Positions 60,142 to 64,000 of a stretch of DNA of 64,000 nt are shown piece by piece. This stretch comes from Acholeplasma sp. (lineage in GTDB: Bacteria; Bacillota_I; Bacilli_A; ML615J-28; CAG-698), in NCBI GenBank assembly GCA_012838635.1, contig DUOW01000011.1, positions 4,882 through 68,881 of the forward strand, in the 5' to 3' direction. Positions within the stretch are counted from its first letter, which is position 1; each line of letters begins with the position of its first letter. Under the pieces are notes generated by a model. It worked only from the letters and a program-made list of their open reading frames with translations. It was not told where the DNA came from and searched no databases. The translations under genes were made by a program, and so were the position numbers.

Positions 60142-61008
60142 ATGGCTTTAGTTAATATGAAAGAAATGCTTTTAAAAGCAAACAAGGAAGGTTATGCTGT
60201 TGGTCAATTCAATATTAATAACCTTGAATGGGCAAAAACTATTTTATTAGTAGCTCAAGAAAAAAACTCACCAGTAATTTTAGGAGTTTCTGAAGGTGCA
60301 GCTAAATATATGGGTGGCTACAATGTAGTAATGGGAATGGTTAAAGGATTAATGAAAGATCAAAACATTACAGTTGATGTAGCAGTGCACCTAGATCATG
60401 GAACAACATTTGAAGCTTGTAAAGCAGCAATTGATGCTGGTTTTACTTCAGTAATGATTGATGCTTCTAAACATCCAATTGATGAGAACATTAGATTAAG
60501 TAGACAAGTTGTAGATTATGCTCATCCAAAAGGTGTTACAGTAGAAGCTGAAGTAGGTATTGTTGGCGGTGAGGAAGATGGTATTACTGGTAAAGTTCAA
60601 TACGCAAAATTAGAAGATTGCGTACGTATTGTAAAAGAAGCAAAAGTAGACTGCTTAGCACCAGCTTTAGGTAGTGCACATGGACCTTATAAAGGTGTTC
60701 CTAAATTAGGATTTGACGAAATGGATGCTATCAATAAAGCTGCTAAAGTTCCTTTAGTATTACATGGTGGTTCTGGTATTCCAGATGATCAAATTAAAAA
60801 AGCTATCGCAAGAGGCACAGCTAAAATTAACGTAAATACTGAGCTTCAACAAGAATTTGCAAAAGACTTAAGAGCACTTTTAGCAGATCCTAAAAATGAT
60901 CCAGTATATGATCCAAGAAAAATTTTAGGACCATCTACAGCAGGAATTAAGAGAGCAATGATTGGAAGAATGGAAGTATTTGGTTCAATCGGAAAAGCTG
61001 CAAAATAA
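60142..61008 (+). CDS. fba: Fructose-bisphosphate aldolase class II
   Basis: Zn-binding His residues (VHLDHG, LHGGSG). 288 aa. A terminator hairpin, AAGGCTATTT-AAAA-ATAGCCTT, lies downstream. Confidence 0.9.
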   Translation: MALVNMKEMLLKANKEGYAVGQFNINNLEWAKTILLVAQEKNSPVILGVSEGAAKYMGGYNVVMGMVKGLMKDQNITVDVAVHLDHGTTFEACKAAIDAGFTSVMIDASKHPIDENIRLSRQVVDYAHPKGVTVEAEVGIVGGEEDGITGKVQYAKLEDCVRIVKEAKVDCLAPALGSAHGPYKGVPKLGFDEMDAINKAAKVPLVLHGGSGIPDDQIKKAIARGTAKINVNTELQQEFAKDLRALLADPKNDPVYDPRKILGPSTAGIKRAMIGRMEVFGSIGKAAK

Positions 61009-61071
61009 GATAAAAAAGGCTATTTAAAAATAGCCTTTTATTTTACTTTAAAAGTATGTATAATATAGAAG

Positions 61072-61617
61072 GTGATAAAAATGAAAGATATTAAAACATT
61101 TAAAATCAATAATGATGAAGAATTAACATTTGAGAAAGGGAAAATTATTTTTCGTGGGAAGCCTTATAAAAAGATTGAATGGTATAGTCTTTGCGCTAGT
61201 TTTCGCGAATTTAATGAAGAAGAAATAGAATTAAGATATCTACCATCAAACTTTAGCGCAAGTTATTTAAAAGAAACATATTTAAAGAATATAAAAAAAG
61301 CTACAATATTTAGTTTTATTATCCCTTCAATTATTTTCTTTTTATTTGGATTAGGTTCAATTATTATTCCTGTTTTAGTTGATAACTATAACAGTCAATT
61401 AGAAACAGAAGTAGAACCAATCTACAATAGTTTTTTTATTGCTATTGGAGTTTTTATGATTCTTGCTGCTTTTACACTTTTGTTTAGATATTTGTTGGGA
61501 TATCGCAGTTGTTTTAAAAAAGTAAAGGGACAAAATAGATATCATATTATGAGCAAACAAGAACATCAAAAAAACTTAACAATTTTTGATAAACACATTG
61601 AAAAAGAAAAGGAATAA
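61072..61617 (+). CDS. Hypothetical membrane protein
   Basis: 181 aa. Two TM segments. No recognisable motif. Confidence 0.45.
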   Translation: MIKMKDIKTFKINNDEELTFEKGKIIFRGKPYKKIEWYSLCASFREFNEEEIELRYLPSNFSASYLKETYLKNIKKATIFSFIIPSIIFFLFGLGSIIIPVLVDNYNSQLETEVEPIYNSFFIAIGVFMILAAFTLLFRYLLGYRSCFKKVKGQNRYHIMSKQEHQKNLTIFDKHIEKEKE

Positions 61618-61684
61618 AATGTATTTTTTCCTTAACAAAAAAACAATATTATGATATACTAATATGTAATAGAGGAGAAAAATT

Positions 61685-63691
61685 ATGAAAAAGAAAATAG
61701 CGATTATATTTTTATCTATCTTTGTTTTGTTTTTTACAGCCGGCTGTATTGCTAAAGACGGCTCAACAGATATATTTAGATTCGATAGTCACTCTGTGAG
61801 TATGGAAGTTGGACAAACAAAAATTCTATCAATTACGGGACAGTTCAATATTGAAAGTGAAATTGAATATATGATTACTGAAGAAAGCGAAGGCATTATT
61901 GAGTTTGAGAAAATAGCTAATGATAAAGTTAAGATTACGGCTTTATCGGTAGGTGTTGGTAATATCAAAGCCCATCTTGTGGAAAGAGATATCTATGCAC
62001 CAGCTATTATTGAAGTTTCAAATCCTAAAACTTCAGGAATTCGTATTAGTGTTCCCGAAGGCTTTGCAAACGAAATGGAAATTGGCGAAGAATTACAATT
62101 AGGATATTCTTTAACTTCTAATACTAATGAAACAACTAAAGTAACTTGGGAAGTAGGAGATAATGAAAAAGCTACGATTACCGCTGATGGAAAATTTATT
62201 CCTCAATTTGGCGGAAACCATTTTATTTATGCTAGAACTGTAGATGGTGGCTATGCTGTTTTAAAAGTTTTTGTTTATTACCACAATCCAACAGGAGTAT
62301 CTATAGAAGTTGTAGAAAACAATTCTGCAGCTGTTACTGAAACAAATAATAGAATTGCTTATTTAAGAGAAGTTATCAAATTAGGTAGTACAGTATTACC
62401 TGAAACTGCAGAAAATAAAGTTGAGTGGAGATTACTTCACCGTACAGATGATAGTATAGTTATTGAAGATCCTACAAGTGTTGGGTTAGTTATTAATCAA
62501 AAAGGTGAAATTTATTGTACTTCACTAGCAGCGCAAAGTAAATTCCGTATTCAAGCTGTAGCAATGTCAGGAGATGTAGAAATTAAATCTAATATCATTA
62601 CTTTAGACTATACATATGCTCCTGTTGAGAGTGTTCAAATAACTACTAAAGATGTTAGTGGTAGAACTGTTGCTGTACAAGATAGTGTAACTTTAATTGC
62701 GGGTCAATCAATTCAATTCAATGCTTTAGTTGCCCCAACAAACGCAGCAGGAACAGTATCTTGGAGTGTAAATGTTATTGAACCAGTTTTTACTCCAGCA
62801 CAACCATATGTTCTTGACCCAATTACTCGTAGAACAATTACCGCAAACACTTTAGCTTCTGTTACACAAGAAGGTTTATTAACAACAACATATCATGGAA
62901 TTGTTGAGTTAAAGTTATCTTCTCTTGCGGATAGTAGTATTTCACATACAATTACTGTTAATATTCTTCCAAAAGAAAAACCAGTAAAAATTGATTTATT
63001 AATGGATCTTGATGATAGATTATTGTCATATAAATTCTATAGCGACGCAAATGTCTCAACAGCTATTGATAGTGCTGATAACAAAAAGAAATTTATTATT
63101 GGAACAGTTGATATTGTAGCGCAAATTTATCCTGAAGAAACATACTTAGATTTGAAACTAGAAATTATAGAAAAAGATATTGCTTTTATAATTAAAGATG
63201 GAACAACATCAACTACAAAAGGAGTTACAACATTCAAGTTGGGTATTTTAAAAGAAGGTATTTTAAACTTTAAGATATCTTCTCAATATTCAGCTTTAAA
63301 TGAATATCTTGCTCCTATTGAAAAAGCTTTAAATATTAAAAGCGAAGATTTTGAAATTGATAGTTCAGCTGGATTAAACTCTGAAGTGTTTGATGGAGTA
63401 ACTTATGAATATTATGAAGCAATCAGCTTTAGTAATATTATTGATAAAGCTAAAGATAACAAAGAGTTTGGTATTCTAGAAGATAATATGACAGCAGAAT
63501 ATTGGAGTTTAGAAGCTTTGGATGGCTCAAATATTGAAAATGCCAAGTTATTGGTATATAAGACAGACATTGGACTTTTATCAGACTTCTTGATTTTAGG
63601 AGAAGGTAAATTCAAAATAACACTTCAACCAAAGAACTACACTAAACCATTATACACAGTTGTAGTTAATGTTGTTGATAAAGCAAAATAG
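61685..63691 (+). CDS. Surface lipoprotein with Big_2-like repeats
   Basis: Lipobox FFTAGCIAK. Repeated Ig-like segments. 668 aa. A terminator hairpin, GAGACAGATTAAATGTCTC, lies downstream. Confidence 0.65.
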   Translation: MKKKIAIIFLSIFVLFFTAGCIAKDGSTDIFRFDSHSVSMEVGQTKILSITGQFNIESEIEYMITEESEGIIEFEKIANDKVKITALSVGVGNIKAHLVERDIYAPAIIEVSNPKTSGIRISVPEGFANEMEIGEELQLGYSLTSNTNETTKVTWEVGDNEKATITADGKFIPQFGGNHFIYARTVDGGYAVLKVFVYYHNPTGVSIEVVENNSAAVTETNNRIAYLREVIKLGSTVLPETAENKVEWRLLHRTDDSIVIEDPTSVGLVINQKGEIYCTSLAAQSKFRIQAVAMSGDVEIKSNIITLDYTYAPVESVQITTKDVSGRTVAVQDSVTLIAGQSIQFNALVAPTNAAGTVSWSVNVIEPVFTPAQPYVLDPITRRTITANTLASVTQEGLLTTTYHGIVELKLSSLADSSISHTITVNILPKEKPVKIDLLMDLDDRLLSYKFYSDANVSTAIDSADNKKKFIIGTVDIVAQIYPEETYLDLKLEIIEKDIAFIIKDGTTSTTKGVTTFKLGILKEGILNFKISSQYSALNEYLAPIEKALNIKSEDFEIDSSAGLNSEVFDGVTYEYYEAISFSNIIDKAKDNKEFGILEDNMTAEYWSLEALDGSNIENAKLLVYKTDIGLLSDFLILGEGKFKITLQPKNYTKPLYTVVVNVVDKAK

Positions 63692-63776
63692 AGACAGATT
63701 AAATGTCTCTATTTTTTTGCTGTTTGATAAAGACAAAAGAAGGAAAATATGTTATAATTAAAAAAGGTGAAAAATA

Positions 63777-64000
63777 TGTATGAAGTAGTAGTTGTAGGCG
63801 GAGGCCATGCGGGAATTGAAGCTGCATTAGCCACTGCTAGAAGAAATCATAAAACTTTATTAATTGCAGGAAACTTTGATCATATTGCTAGTATGGCATG
63901 TAATCCTTCGATAGGTGGACCAGCTAAAGGTATTGTTGTTAGAGAAATAGATGCTTTAGGTGGAGAGATGGGAAAAGCAGTCGATAAGTGCTTAATCCAA
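63777..64000 (+). CDS. mnmG: tRNA uridine 5-carboxymethylaminomethyl modification enzyme MnmG, N-terminal part (continues beyond window)
   Basis: [22 protein letters not shown]...[13 protein letters not shown] is the GidA/MnmG FAD-binding N-terminus. Confidence 0.9.

Noticed and set aside
1-64000. tRNA, rRNA, tmRNA, RNase P RNA, SRP RNA genes
   Set aside because: I found no T-loop GGTTCGAATCC-like motifs or rRNA-like conserved blocks by eye. All long non-coding tracts are accounted for by repeats or leaders. A covariance-model scan would be needed to be certain.
1-64000. UGA-as-Trp (Mollicute code 4) reading
   Set aside because: Long conserved genes (ppdK, gyrA, mfd, dnaX) are uninterrupted under the standard code and use TGG for conserved Trp. 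There is no sign of in-frame TGA.

Overview
This is a low-GC (~30%) chromosomal window covering the replication-origin region of a Firmicutes/Mollicutes-like (possibly Acholeplasma-like) genome. It uses the standard genetic code: long ORFs have no internal TGA, and TGG encodes Trp. Many proteins carry lipoprotein signal peptides. The core is a classic origin layout. On the minus strand run mnmE, jag, yidC, rnpA and rpmH; on the plus strand run dnaA, dnaN, recF, gyrB, gyrA and serS. Gene-strand bias switches at dnaA, and DnaA-box-like TTTCCACA elements flank dnaA.

Two accessory insertions interrupt this conserved block.
- Between rpmH and dnaA lies a 3-gene operon: a secreted Endonuclease-I-family nuclease, a small basic cytoplasmic protein, and a membrane-anchored protein.
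- Between dnaN and recF lies a ParA-type ATPase plus a small ribbon-helix-helix (RHH) protein, followed by about 1.5 kb of non-coding DNA. That DNA is packed with iteron-like direct and inverted repeats, including a 17-mer TATACATAAAACCATAC present in at least 5 exact copies. This looks like a plasmid-type (type Ib, or delta/omega-like) partition or iteron module embedded in the chromosomal origin. I consider it the most unusual feature.

Other content:
- A large minus-strand operon encodes a sugar-type ABC importer together with an SNase-domain lipoprotein nuclease and a 904-aa surface lipoprotein. This probable DNA-scavenging system is preceded by a leader small ORF whose stop codon sits inside an intrinsic terminator hairpin.
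- Housekeeping genes: dnaX (unusually long), ybaB, recR, a split chrA pair, T-box-controlled asnS, ppdK, ttcA-like, mnmE and a class-II Fic protein. Further downstream are two tandem nrnA-like DHH phosphoesterases, surE, rpoE and pyrG (with a short terminator-containing leader), a sirtuin, folD, pth, mfd, degV, fba, lipoproteins and the start of mnmG.

I found no rRNA, tRNA, CRISPR, transposase or phage genes.
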